DNA from: Octopus sinensis
Lineage: Eukaryota
Assembly (NCBI RefSeq): GCF_006345805.1
Contig: NC_043005.1
Location: 31,620,001-31,684,000, forward strand
Direction: 5' to 3'
DNA length: 64,000 bases
Below, piece after piece: positions 1 to 11,994 of the stretch (its first letter is position 1; each line of letters starts with the position of its first letter). The notes under the pieces were generated by a model that was not told the DNA's origin, did no database searches, and saw nothing but the letters and a program-made list of their open reading frames with translations. The position numbers and the translations under genes were made by a program.

Positions 1-737
1 GCATTGTTTGAGGATTCTACAAAGAACAACTAAAGAGAGATATTTATTCTTAACTTATAGGTTGAATGTCGTGTAGAGATTAATATAAAGGAAAATGAGG
101 AAAGTACTACTGAGTGTAGATTTGCAAGCAAAGATGGCGACAAATGGGATGGATTCTTCAACTGCTTGCAGCTTGGAATTTATATAGAAACTTATATTAG
201 AATTTATATTTATATGGAAACATTCTGCAAATGTGTGTATGGGTGTGTATATATTTCTGTATACATATGTATATATATGTGCACGTTCAAATGTATGTGT
301 GCATGTGTATACTTGTGTGTGCGTTTTTATGCGTGCCGGTATACGTGTTCATGAGTGTGCGCAGGCGTTGAACCGTTGCTTCTCTTATTATTGATATTGT
401 TGGAAAGCCACAAACACTAAACTCTCCAGTTTATCTTCCCAAATATATCTAACGCTTTATTTTATACTCACCATCGTTGCCGGGCAATTTTTACAATAGA
501 ATGTCTTTTATAAATTTTTGTTTATTCTATGTCAGACCATGCCTTCCCCAACAGATAGGCCTCTTGATCAGGTCAGATTTGTTCGACCGTTTCGCATGAC
601 TTTATTCATTAAAACTTACTAAAACTTCAGAAATTCTTACACTTTAATGCAGTTCTATATTTAAGAGATGAGGAATTATGTACATTATCTACATTATTTT
701 CATTCGACGGATATTTGTCCTCATCTTGTTTGTTGTT

Positions 738-783
738 AACTCAACGTTTCGGCTGATATACCCTCCAGCCTTCTTCAGGTGTC
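738..783 (-). ncRNA. Minimal type I hammerhead ribozyme motif (Penelope pLTR type)
   Basis: Minus strand reads GACAC-CUGAAGA-a-GGCUG(gagggtatat)CAGCC-GAAAC-GUU-GAGUU. Core intact, 5-bp stem II, loopless palindromic ACGU stem III, GUU triplet, stem I with one A.A mismatch. Confidence 0.65.
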
Positions 784-1226
784 TTGGGGAAATTTCGAGT
801 TCGATTCCAAGCAGTGACCTGGACATTAATAATAATAATACTAATAATGATAACAATAATAACAACACTAATACTAATAACCTATGTTGCCATATAGCCT
901 TTCATCTATTTATCTATGTATGTATAAATATGTGTCTGTTATTTGTGAAAGAAAACCGAAATACAAAGAGAAAGGAAACGAGATGAAACAACAAATCAAA
1001 CAGAATATATTAAACAAAAACTATGCACGTTCGTTGTTGAGAGCAGGTGCTACACCACAAGCAATTATACATAATATATAATTACCAATGTATAGCTTTT
1101 AGTGTTTGAATTTATATGTGTAATGCTTAAACACACAAACACACACACCCATACACACATACACACAAACGTATATATGACTGCTACCAAATATGTACAT
1201 ATACAAGAATGTTTTAGCATGCACAT

Positions 1227-1261
<35 letters not shown>

Positions 1262-1267
<6 letters not shown>

Positions 1268-1643
1268 GGCGCAAGAGTGGGTGTGTGGTAAGTAGCTTTC
1301 TTACCAACCACGTGATTCCGGGTTCAGTACCACTGCGTGGCACCTTGGTCAAGTGTTTTTCTACTATAGCCTCCGTCCGATTAAAGCTTTGTGAGAGGAT
1401 TTGGTAGAAGGAAACTGAAAGAAGCCCGTCGCATATATATTCCTTGTATTGTTTGTCTTGTACTCTGTTTTTTCGTTGTTAAAAAAAGTCCGTTTCCTTG
1501 TTTGATTTTATGTTTTCGTTTCTCGTTGTGTTCTACGTTTATTTGTGGTGTCCTGTACTCATACATGCATGTATATATACATATAGATGTAGGTATGTAC
1601 ATATATGTATGATGTATGCATATGTTTTATTTATAAATTGTTG

Positions 1644-1680
<37 letters not shown>

Positions 1681-2057
1681 GGCGCAAGAGTGGGTGTGTG
1701 GTAAGTAGCTTTCTTACCAACCACGTGATTCCGGGTTCAGTACCACTGCGTGGCACTTGGTCAAGTGTTTTTCTACTATAGCCTCCGTCCGATTAAAGCT
1801 TTGTGAGAGGATTTGGTAGAAGGAAACTGAAAGAAGCCCGTCGCATATATATTCCTTGTATTGTTTGTCTTGTACTCTGTTTTTTCGTTGTTAAAAAAAG
1901 TCCGTTTCCTTGTTTGATTTTATGTTTTCGTTTCTCGTTGTGTTCTACGTTTATTTGTGGTGTCCTGTACTCATACATGCATGTATATATACATATAGAT
2001 GTAGGTATGTACATATATGTATGAATGTATGCATATGTTTTATTTATTAAATTGTTG

Positions 2058-2062
<5 letters not shown>
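1262..2062 (+). repeat. Near-perfect ~412-bp tandem duplication (tRNA-SINE plus repeat fragment), units ~1262-1648 and ~1675-2062 separated by (TA)n
   Basis: ORFs 1381..1602 and 1793..2014 are identical at offset 412. I see only three 1-nt indels between the units. Confidence 0.95.
1268..1432 (+). mobile_element. tRNA-derived SINE (octopus-type); second copy 1681-1844
   Basis: Head GGCGCAAGAGTGGGTGTGTGG (A-box-like) and GGTTCAGTACC (B-box-like). Same family at 41098-41265 (+), 41830-42195 (-), 53540-53935 (-) and 61770-62195 (-). Confidence 0.8.
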
Positions 2063-2107
<45 letters not shown>

Positions 2108-2111
<4 letters not shown>

Positions 2112-2408
2112 GATGCGAGGGGTATTTGAGGACAGTTTTGTTATACAATAAAACAACTATATTTCAGCATCAATAAAGATGTGTTTGAATAAACATTTGT
2201 GCAATTAGTCTTGATAATGATTTTTTAAAGCAAATTATTCTATGAAACCACCTTTGGCATCGAAGACTCCTTCAATGCAGGACCGAAACCCCTGGCATGC
2301 TGACACTATATGGTCCTTATTCATTTTAGACATCACCTGGACAATGGCGACCTTCAGTGAATCTATGGTATTATGAGGATGACGATTAGTCTCCCTTTCA
2401 ACAGCGGG
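2108..2408 (-). mobile_element. Tc1/mariner DD37D (maT-like) transposon 3' fragment
   Basis: Minus strand 2408-2235 translates VERETNRHPHNTIDSLKVAIVQVMSKMNKDHIVSACQGFRSCIEGVFDAKGGFIE*, typical of a DD37D C-terminus. TACAGG terminus at ~2108. Confidence 0.7.
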
Positions 2409-2567
2409 TAATCATGAAGGGTATATTGGGCTTCGTATATTTGTACCCTAGTGTCATTTTGATGTCATGCGCTGCTTTCTCACTCAATAATGATAATAAT
2501 AATAATAATAATAATGATAATAATAATAATAATAATAATAATGATGATGATGATGATGATGATGAGG

Positions 2568-2609
<42 letters not shown>

Positions 2610-2616
2610 GTGATAA

Positions 2617-4851
2617 TAACCAGGAACACCTGGGACGTTTAACATATGGGAGCGATAAAACATTACTCCGAAATCTATCCAAAAACATCGGGAATAAAGA
2701 CAAAAAATGGAACCTAAAATAACTGACGAAATAATAACTAATACTCGTTAAAATTTATTTCTATATTCCAAACGAAATGATATATTTTAACTGTGTATCA
2801 TCTCCATCACTCGTACAACACATGTAAACACGTTCGCCACATTACGATCCAATCAACATCAGACCATCTCCGTCCCCAACCACCATGCGCGAAACAAAAT
2901 TGAAAAATAAATTAAATATTATTCGTATTATTCGACCCAAGGACAACAAACGGGAAGTACGTACCTCAAACTTGTTACACACAAGAAGTACAAAAAACTA
3001 CACGTGCAAAACTATTTAACACCAGAAATGAACGGGCCGGTACCCTACGAAAATGATGACCATCAAAATAACGGGCCGGATGTTATTCCTCATGTCCCAC
3101 AAATAAAATCAAAAACGCATAAATAGACTCGTGAGGAATATATTTCAATCCTACACGCTTACTTTACAGCAGTGCTTGACCTACAGGGCGGGAGCATAAC
3201 AAAAAATACTGATAAAAAATCTGGAAGAGAAATAACCTAAATAAAGACTTGGATACAGCAATGAACCTTAATAAACTAGATAACATACGAAGATATATTC
3301 TCAAAATAAACAAATACCAGAAATAGAACACTTAGAATGAAAATACATCATCAAAACATAGATAGTAACCAAACAGCAATGCCAAATAATATCATCAGCC
3401 CTGGGGCTGTAAAAGACGAGGACGGACGTAACATGTCCAACAAAAACAAAGTAAACAATGAAAGACAGCAAACCCAGACTGCAGAAATGTATAATGAGGA
3501 ACAAAATGCACCAAACCAAAACACCACAAACAAAAATATGAATGGGAGGGTATATGAAACAAATCTTAAACCTGCAAACAGTAAAGATGAAATCAATGAT
3601 TATGATACTCTAAAAATGAGCGTAATCAGAGAATTGAAATCAGACATCTTAGAATGAACCACCGATTGTACCTCCCAAAAATTAAAATTGATAATAAAAC
3701 CACATCAATAATAAATAGCATAAACGTGGCCGTCACAGTAATAACAGCCACGGGAACAAATGTCAATATGACCAGGCTATATAATGTATGCAGCAGCCTC
3801 TGTGGCCACAAAGAAGCTAGATACTCCCTCTAGCCCATTCAAACCATCACCGAGACAATCCCTGTGGATAAATAATATCCAGAAAAAAATAGAAAATAAG
3901 AGAAAGGATCTGTCAATCCTTAATGAAACTAGTAGACAATCAACACTACTAAGCAACAAGAAGAGAATAAAAATACTACGTAAAAACAAAATTACAGAAA
4001 AGGTACACCTGAGGTAAAAGAACAGTTAAAGCAAGATAACCTCGAAAAGCACAAAGAATCCGCCGGTATGAGAAACGCCAACGTTTCTTTGAAGAAAATA
4101 AACACTTCAACCCCAAAAGATTCTATCACGTACTTGCCAAAACTATTGTAGAGATCAATGCAGCACCAACAGCAAAAGAAGTGAAAAACTTTTGGAAAGA
4201 AATATGGTCTGTGAAGGAACAACCTCAGAAAAGGTCTATCAAAACAACGAACACTGCGCCTGAACAACTCTGGACCCCTATAACAACTGAAGAAGTCATA
4301 CTGCAAAAACTAAGCAACTGGAAGGCTCTCAGGCACGACAAGATCCCCAACGTATGTTTAACATACCTAAAAGGAACACATAAAAAGCTGGCTGAGAAAT
4401 TTAATGAAATATTAGCAAAGCCAGAGACAATGCCTGAATGGCTCACAGAAAGGAAAACAGTCCAAATTCCCAAATCCACTGAAACATCAAACACACAAAT
4501 TACAGACCGATAACTTATCCCCCTACAATTTACAAAGCTTTTACTGCAATAATGTCGCAGAGAATGAGCAAAAATCCGGAAGAAAACAACCTGTTTCTAG
4601 AAGTGCAGAAGGGATGCTGCAAGGACTCGTATGGCTGCAAAAATCAGCTACGGATCAATAAAGCCATAACTGAAGACAGCCGCAGAAAGAAGAAGGGTCT
4701 AAGTATGGCCTGGGTTGATTACCGAAAGGCTTTTGATAGTATTCCCCACACATGCATCCTAAAGACACTAGCCATGAACAAGGTAGCATCAATAATCATA
4801 AGATATATAAAACATTACATGAATAAATGGCAGACAGTGCTACAGTTCTAG
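2617..4851 (+). mobile_element. Dong/R4-like RLE non-LTR retrotransposon, 5' portion (UTR, ORF N-terminus, RT domains 0-3), decayed
   Basis: TREEYISILHAYFTAV near 3130; KLSNWKA..DKIPN, NYRPIT, QKGCCKDSYGCKNQL and AWVDYRKAFDSIPH (ORFs 4181..4513, 4552..4851). Stops and frameshifts present. Starts right after an (AAT)n/(GAT)n array. Confidence 0.85.
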
Positions 4852-4892
4852 AGCTCAATGAGAAAAACAAGATAATAATAGTAATAATAATC

Positions 4893-5075
4893 TTTTCTAC
4901 TCTAGGTACAAGGCCTGACATCGACCCCAGTACGCAACTGGTACTTAATTTTCGACCCCGAAAGGATGAAAGGCAAAGTCAACCTAGGCAGAATTTGAAC
5001 TCAGAACATAAAGATAGATGAAATACCGCTAAGCATTTCGACTGGCGTGTTAACGTTTCTGCCAGCTCGCTCCCT
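4893..5075 (-). mobile_element. tRNA-derived SINE with (ATT)n tail
   Basis: Reverse complement of the AAGGCGGCGAGCTGGCAGAA...GAGTTCAAATTC...CCTTTCATCCTTTCGGGGTCGA family also seen at 19588-19980 (+). Confidence 0.8.
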
Positions 5076-5081
5076 TAATAA

Positions 5082-5149
<68 letters not shown>

Positions 5150-5175
5150 TAAAAATAATAATAATAATAATGATG

Positions 5176-5220
<45 letters not shown>

Positions 5221-5245
5221 TAAAATAATATTAATAATAATAATG

Positions 5246-5278
<33 letters not shown>

Positions 5279-5737
5279 TAATATAACAACAACAGTAATA
5301 ACAATAATAATCTCAATAGTATAGACATACAAACCATACACATTACATACATGCGCGCACACACACGGCCACTCACTTTCCCCTCTTCCCTATCAGCAGA
5401 GAACAACTACACAATCTAGATACTTAGTACAACCATAACAACACCATATGCACACAGGACCCCCCACATATCTTAATGAACCTTTTGATTGGTGAAAATT
5501 AATAGACAGCTTTCAGTTGAACACTCGTAACTTCTAACTCCGCCTGACGAAATGGGGGCATGAATTTGATGTCCATAAATATTACAAATTGTATTGTAGT
5601 CATCCCAGGAATGCGGACTGTGATAACAAAAATCATGTGATTTGTAGAAACGTGCGTAGCGATACATAAAACATATTTATAAATTTTCAATTTATAAATA
5701 AGTCAAGCGCGAGCAAAGGATCACCAAAAGCTTCAAC

Positions 5738-7188
5738 GTAATATGTATAAAAAGAAACCGGAATTTTGCAATACCATTTTATTCACTTAGTTTAATATGT
5801 TTACACTTTTATCGCTTTTAAAACATTTTCCATTTGAAGCAATGCATCGGTCCAGATGTGTTTTCTATTGTTAGATGCAGTGTTGGAACTCTTGCAAAGC
5901 GATGCCTTCTAACTCCTCCGTCGTTTTCTTCTTCTACTCTTCCACACCTGCAAAATGTTTTCCTTAAAGAACTTTTTTCATTCGAGGGAACAAAAAAGGT
6001 CACAATGAGCAAGATCGAGTGAATAGAAAGGATAAGTAAGCAGGGTCACGTCATATTTGGTCAAAAACAGTCTCACACTCAATGTGGTCAGCACAGTTGC
6101 ATTGTCGTGATGAAACTATCACTCTCCGCTTTGTCACAGGTGGGAAATTTTCGTCACAGCGCGTCTCGCAAACGCTTCAAAACTGCCAAGTAAAATGTCT
6201 TTTGACAGTTTGACCAGGAGTAACAAATTCTGTGTAGAAAATTCTTTTCGCATCGATGAAGCAATATGACTAGGCTATATAAGAGAAATGATCTGGCAAT
6301 CCTTAATGAAACTAGTAGACAATCAACACTACTAAGCAACAAGAAGAGAATAAAAATACTACGTAAATACAAAATTACAGAAAAGGTACACCTGAAGTAA
6401 AAGAACAGTTAAAGCAAGATAACCTCGAAAAGCACAAAGAATCCGCCGGTATGAGAAACGGTATCAGCATCGCCTTAACATTGGACTTCACTTAACGCGC
6501 ATTTTTGGTGCATGGTGACATTGAATGCTTCCATTGACTTGATTGCTGCTTCGTTTCTGGATCGCAGCCGTAGCACCAGCTTTATCCACCAGTGATGACT
6601 TTCAAAAAAACGATTCGGATCAAGCTGCAGCTGCTTTTACAGTTCACGACAAGAATTCAGTCATGACTGCTTTTGATCTTCCGTGAGGCATAAATTTTGC
6701 TGCAGCTCTTTTCATTCGCAATTCCTTGCTCAAAATTATTTGGCAGCAGCCCCCAGGACACACCTGTCATATCAAGTCGTGAAATTTCGTAATGTTTTCA
6801 TTTGTTCGTGGGGTCGACGTTGGTCTGCAAGCGACAAGTGATCATTCCTAAAGCGTGAAAACCAATCGTAAACCTGTGTGTTGCTCATGGCAGCGTCCTT
6901 GTAAGCTGTTTGAAGCAATCACTACTGTTTCGGCCGCCATTTTCCCCAGCAGAAAACAGAATCTTACGAAAGCACGTTATTCCTTCGTTTCAGTCATCGC
7001 AAAAATCGACGAAAAGAGGAGGAGTATTGCAAAACAAAGACGCACCACGTTAGCGGTACGACCTAACGCCGGTCGGCAGACTGATGCCTGAGGGTTGTAC
7101 CAAGTGGCTTCTGGCGGTGGAAGCCTGAACTACAACGCGCTTGTCCCACAGAGAATGTTTCCGGTTACTTTTGGGTACCTCCTCGCAT
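5738..7188 (-). mobile_element. Decayed mariner (DD34D-type) element, interrupted at ~6262-6459
   Basis: Imperfect TIRs AAAAAGAAACCGGAA (5749-5763) and TTCCGGTTACTTTT (7159-7172). Minus-strand remnants KVITGG*SWCYGCDPETKQQSSQWK, VKSNVKAMLI, FYLAVLKRLRDA and HHDNA. About 1.25 kb without the insertion. Confidence 0.75.
6262..6459 (+). repeat. ~200-bp insertion copied from the Dong-like element (3762-3783 joined to ~3896-4077)
   Basis: About 98% identical (4 mismatches seen) to 3896-4077. The two source segments are joined at an ATAA microhomology. Confidence 0.85.
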
Positions 7189-7399
7189 ATACTCATGCAT
7201 AAACACATGGTGGTTGTCGACTCGTTAAACATGTATAACCATGGCTGACTAAAGAAAGTGTATCACAGTATTACTAGCTGTGAGAATGACTATGGCTCTT
7301 GACTCCTACCAGCAATTTACAGAACTCGTTGGAGGTTACGCCATGTTACTTGTCACAGTAGCGTTTAAAATCGGAAACAACATTTACTGAAGACAATCC

Positions 7400-8200
7400 T
7401 AAATCTGATGACCCTCATTGTTTACAATGATCCCAATTTGAAAAGTGTGTACTGTGACGCATGCAAAGTCTATGGCCTGACTAACTGAAGAGTTCTTGAA
7501 AAAATATTCATCTGTAAAATTTTATGGAACATGATTTTAGAGTTCAAAAATTTAAATAGTTTTAGTGCAAAACTTACAGCAAGTTTGTAAGATGAACAAA
7601 TAGAAAAGTGAGTCATTAATGTGTTGTTTGATCGTCCAAATATTAATGAAAACTTGTTGGAAAGTGTCATAACATATGAAGAAATGTAATTGTACGGTTA
7701 CTATGGCGCCTCATTGATTATATCACCGTAACCACGAAAAGCATGTCAGAGATGCTCAAATGTGAAGGTGATTTTGCTCGTCTTTAATTTTTTAATGAAG
7801 GAACATTGTTCATCATGTTTTCCCCGTATTTATATAATCAGCAAAGAAGATGTCTTGTGGCTTTTGAAAGAAGCATTCCGAAGGAAAAGATGTGGGGCGT
7901 AGACAATTGTAACCTAGATGTTCAATAGATTTAGCCCATGCAAACATTTTTTGTTCCTAAAGTTGAAATTTATTTTGGAATATCACTGATTACAGATGAT
8001 GGAAGAGATCAAAGAAAATTCACGAGAAGCACACAGTGGTCTTGAAAACCTGATCCAAAACTAGAAAAGATTTCAGGACATGTGCATTAGCAATGGGGAG
8101 AATTATTTTGAAGAAGAAAAGTTTCATTATACTGGAAATAAAACAATGAATTTGATTTGATTTTAAGATCGGTTTTTGTTTGGAGAGTGCTCTTATACAA
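7400..8200 (+). mobile_element. Highly decayed mariner-like transposase remnant
   Basis: KVITYEEM*LYGY (~7660) and KRFQDMCISNGENYFEE (~8065) resemble mariner VITGDETWVYGY and WxKCIxxxGDYFEG. Confidence 0.45.
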
Positions 8201-8668
8201 GCACATTTCTAGACTTGATAGACAATGCTGCACCACTTCAGAAATACGGAGATACATCTGGCGCTGTAATAGAAACTAGCATTAAACAGCTAAAACATGG
8301 GGGATAGTTATAAAACAATAATAAGAGTGAGAAGAAAATGAGAATAGATTAAATCTAGTGATAGGTAACGAAATTTAATGACATGGCAATCACATTGAAT
8401 AGAGAAAAACATTGGAAAAAATACTTAGCTTGCGGCGTATAAAATCTATTAACGAAGGTAGAGTACAAACCACTTCCAGATCAAAAAATTCATATAATAT
8501 TTCTTTCAAAAACTTACCACTGCAATTTTAGAAATTGTTTGAATCACCATAAGACTATGTAATGTATATTTCTCTATTTGTGCTTACAAGAGTGTATATG
8601 TCTGTGGGAACATTGTTATATATATGGCCACAGGTGAATAGTTGAAACCAATTAAATCATAAACCAAT

Positions 8669-9003
<335 letters not shown>

Positions 9004-9100
9004 GCAATAAGTGTGCAAAGTTAAATTTTTCGATTCTTGCTATCTCATTTTACTAATTCCAGTAACAAACGCACATTTACCACATTCCATTTGCTTGAAA

Positions 9101-9135
<35 letters not shown>

Positions 9136-9216
9136 ATGCAGCGCGCGCACACACGTCTTTATCTACGTATGCACATACAAATATATGTATGTAAGTGTGT
9201 AAGTATGTATTTATGT

Positions 9217-9922
9217 ATGCCAAAACAACTCTTTTATGAAGAATTAGCTAAAGGTGAACGACCTCCACATAAACCAAAAAGAAGGTATAAGGACTTGCTG
9301 AAGACTTCCTTAAGAGATGCTTGCATCTCTCCTGATACATGGGAAGGCGTAGCTATTGATCGTAGCAGGTGGAGAAGGATTGTGCACGAGGGGACAGCTA
9401 CTTTTGAGAAATCACGAGTTGCACATGAGAAAGTAAAGAGGGATGTCAAGAAGGGCATCGCTGTTACACTTCCAGATGGCAATGGTCTTCCTTTGATTCT
9501 GACATGCAATGTCTGTGCAAGACCCTGCCCCAGTAAAGCTGGACTCAAGAGTCATATTCGTAGTCATAAAGCGAGACAGATGAGTGACAACCTGGCGACT
9601 GGTAGTGGTGTAACACACCATACTAATCATATCTGTCGGACATGTGGAAGAGAGTGTAATTCGGTAGGAGGACTTAAACGACATGCAAAGATACATGAAT
9701 CCCAGTTACAACTACAACTGGCTATTACCGGTAAAGGTTTTAGTTGCCAATTCTGTACAAGACATTGTAGATCTTTAGCTGGGCTAAAAAGTCACATTCG
9801 ATCACAGCACCCATAACAGTTAAGCTTCGTGCAATGGCCATACTCGATAACGAGGAGGCAGCCATCACGTATGTATGTATGTATGTATGTATGTATGTAT
9901 GTATGTATGTATGTATGTATGT
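9217..9922 (+). mobile_element. RTE-clade LINE 3' end: open C-terminal ORF (9217-9816) with three C2H2 fingers, short 3' UTR, (TATG)n tail
   Basis: MPKQLFYEEL..G.RP..KPKRRYKD.LK..L....I....WE..A.DRSRWR..V..G...FE is the RTE C-terminal signature. Fingers at 9505-9810; tail 9869-9922. Confidence 0.8.
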
Positions 9923-10189
9923 ACAAGTGCACGAGTTATTGTATATAATTTCAAGTGTAGTCACTCAACATAATTCATTAGAGCTCGTTGCATGAATATA
10001 TTCTCTGCTTCTTGCTTCTATATATCTTCCATTTCACATGAATGTATGACCACGCGCACGAGGACATCGAATAAAGATTTCGATAAAAGTAGATCGATAA
10101 TGTGACCCTTTTGTTATCTACCTTCAACTAGGGAACTATGTATCAGTGTTCGAAACCATCTCCTTCCTTATAGGAAGATTTCAATTAAT

Positions 10190-11150
10190 TAAAAATAGAA
10201 GGGAACGTTTAAGAAGCATACAGCACTGAAGGAGCAAGAGTTAGCAGGATGTTGGAGCTCAACCGACAAGGAGCCTGGACAAAGTGAAACATTACCTAGT
10301 GGTATCTTTTGTGGCCTGACATCCAACGTATCAGATTTCTAATCCAGGCTGTCTACGACACTTTACCAATTCCAACAAACCTTCACACATAGAATAAGAG
10401 TGAAGCACCACCCCGTCCCTTCTGTTCTAAAACAGAGTCCCTTCAATACCTCCTCAGCAGCTACCCCAGAGCCTTAGCCGATGGCCGCTGCTGCTGACAG
10501 CATGACCAGTGCTCAGGGTGCTTGCGGAGGCGATATTGACAGCCATACAGTCCAGTAAATACCACCCAAGAAAGAGACCGTCTTTCGCGAAGCTGGCAAC
10601 AAGTTCAGTTCATTGAAACTTCGGCGACCATCGTACTTTCTTTCACAGCCCCAGACTGACAGCTGAGAGTGCGTCTCGTGGAACGGTTAAAGTACCTAGA
10701 TCACATCGTATCAACAACACTCCGACCAGACATAGTGATCTTCTAAAATTTCACCAGACAGATGATCATGTGGAAACTGATGGTTCTCTGGGAGGAACAC
10801 ATACGGGAAGCTTGGCTGGCAGGTACTTCGGAAGGCAATAGAATTGGGTTGTCGAGGTTTTGTAGGTTTTCATTCTGCAAAGTTCTGACTAGTCTTGAGG
10901 TTACTGGTGCAGCCAAGAGGAGGGCTACGAATTCCGTCACTGACACTGCAGAGAAGGCAGCTACCTGGCTTTGGATAAAGAAACATCGCTGTTCGCTGCT
11001 ACTGATGTGCAAGATGGGAATTGGCCAACCCCAGTTGGTTCAAATGAATGAGGAGGTCTGGTATTAAAAGAGCTGATATCCCCTGAGGGCCCCATAAATA
11101 TCACTGACGATGCATCCCAGAGCATCCTTGACACGTATCTTTAAACTATA
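10190..11150 (+). mobile_element. Hero-clade (R2-Hero-like) RLE non-LTR retrotransposon 3' fragment, decayed
   Basis: RQGAWTKW, AVYDTLPIPTNL, LQYLLSS..RALADGR....HD, LRPDIVI, WEEHI, GCRGF and AEKAATWLWIK, with frameshifts and stops. Confidence 0.75.
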
Positions 11151-11270
11151 GTAAGCTGTTTTTATTAATTTTTTGTGTACTCAGAAATCTGCTAAATCAT
11201 TTGTAGATTTTTCTGATGAATATATATACTCTGATAGGTGGGCTAGCCCGGAATCAACCGAGGAAGTTGG

Positions 11271-11322
11271 TCTTACTGAAGATGGCAACGGAAATTGCCA
11301 AAACTGACCGGTCAGTCTAAGG
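11271..11322 (+). ncRNA. Type I hammerhead ribozyme with a core G12>A substitution
   Basis: UCUUA-CUGAAGA-u-GGCAA(cggaaa)UUGCC-[A]AA-ACUGACCGGUCAGU-C-UAAGG. Perfect 14-nt palindromic stem III, GUC triplet, 5-bp stem I. Confidence 0.75.
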
Positions 11323-11513
11323 AATTCTCGGTTCGGTGATCGGGGCGATTGCAGCCGCAATCAGAGTATATGTTATGGGCTTTGTAACAGCATTAGAGAA
11401 TGTTAGGTCCAATTTCTAGCAATGTAGGTGTTATTCACACCGTCAGTCAAGTTTAGTTGACGACTATAATTTTCCATTACGATATAACGTTGCAAACAGC
11501 TGTTTTCATTACT

Positions 11514-11555
<42 letters not shown>

Positions 11556-11574
11556 CATATATATATATATAATT

Positions 11575-11921
11575 TAGAGAAAAACCTTCAATAATGAACG
11601 CTTCAAGACTGACTTCATCACCAAGGCCACATGCCTAGTACCAGAAGAAAATACCTTTAGATTCGACAATAAAATATGTCGACAAATAAAGGGGAAGGCA
11701 ATGGGGATGCGGTTTGCACCTTCATAAACAAAGTTAGTTATAGAATACTTGGAAGAAAAACTTTATGAGGAAGTAGAAAAGTACAAGAAATATATCATTA
11801 AAAAGTAGAAACGCTTCCTTGATGATTACTTCATCTTCTGAGACAGATCGAACGAAGTTCTAAGTATATTCAACAATATACTGAACACACTTCACCCATC
11901 CATCAAATTCACGACAGAATC
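11575..11921 (+). mobile_element. Penelope-like RT fragment (pseudogenised)
   Basis: ENTFRFDNKICRQIKGKAMGMRFAPS*...KRFLDDYF...LNTLHPSIKFTTE. Confidence 0.8.
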
Positions 11922-11994
11922 CTTTTGCAGTTAATTCGGCATTATTAAATGACTATATGACCAGTATTAAATAATCTCCCAATCTACATACCCT

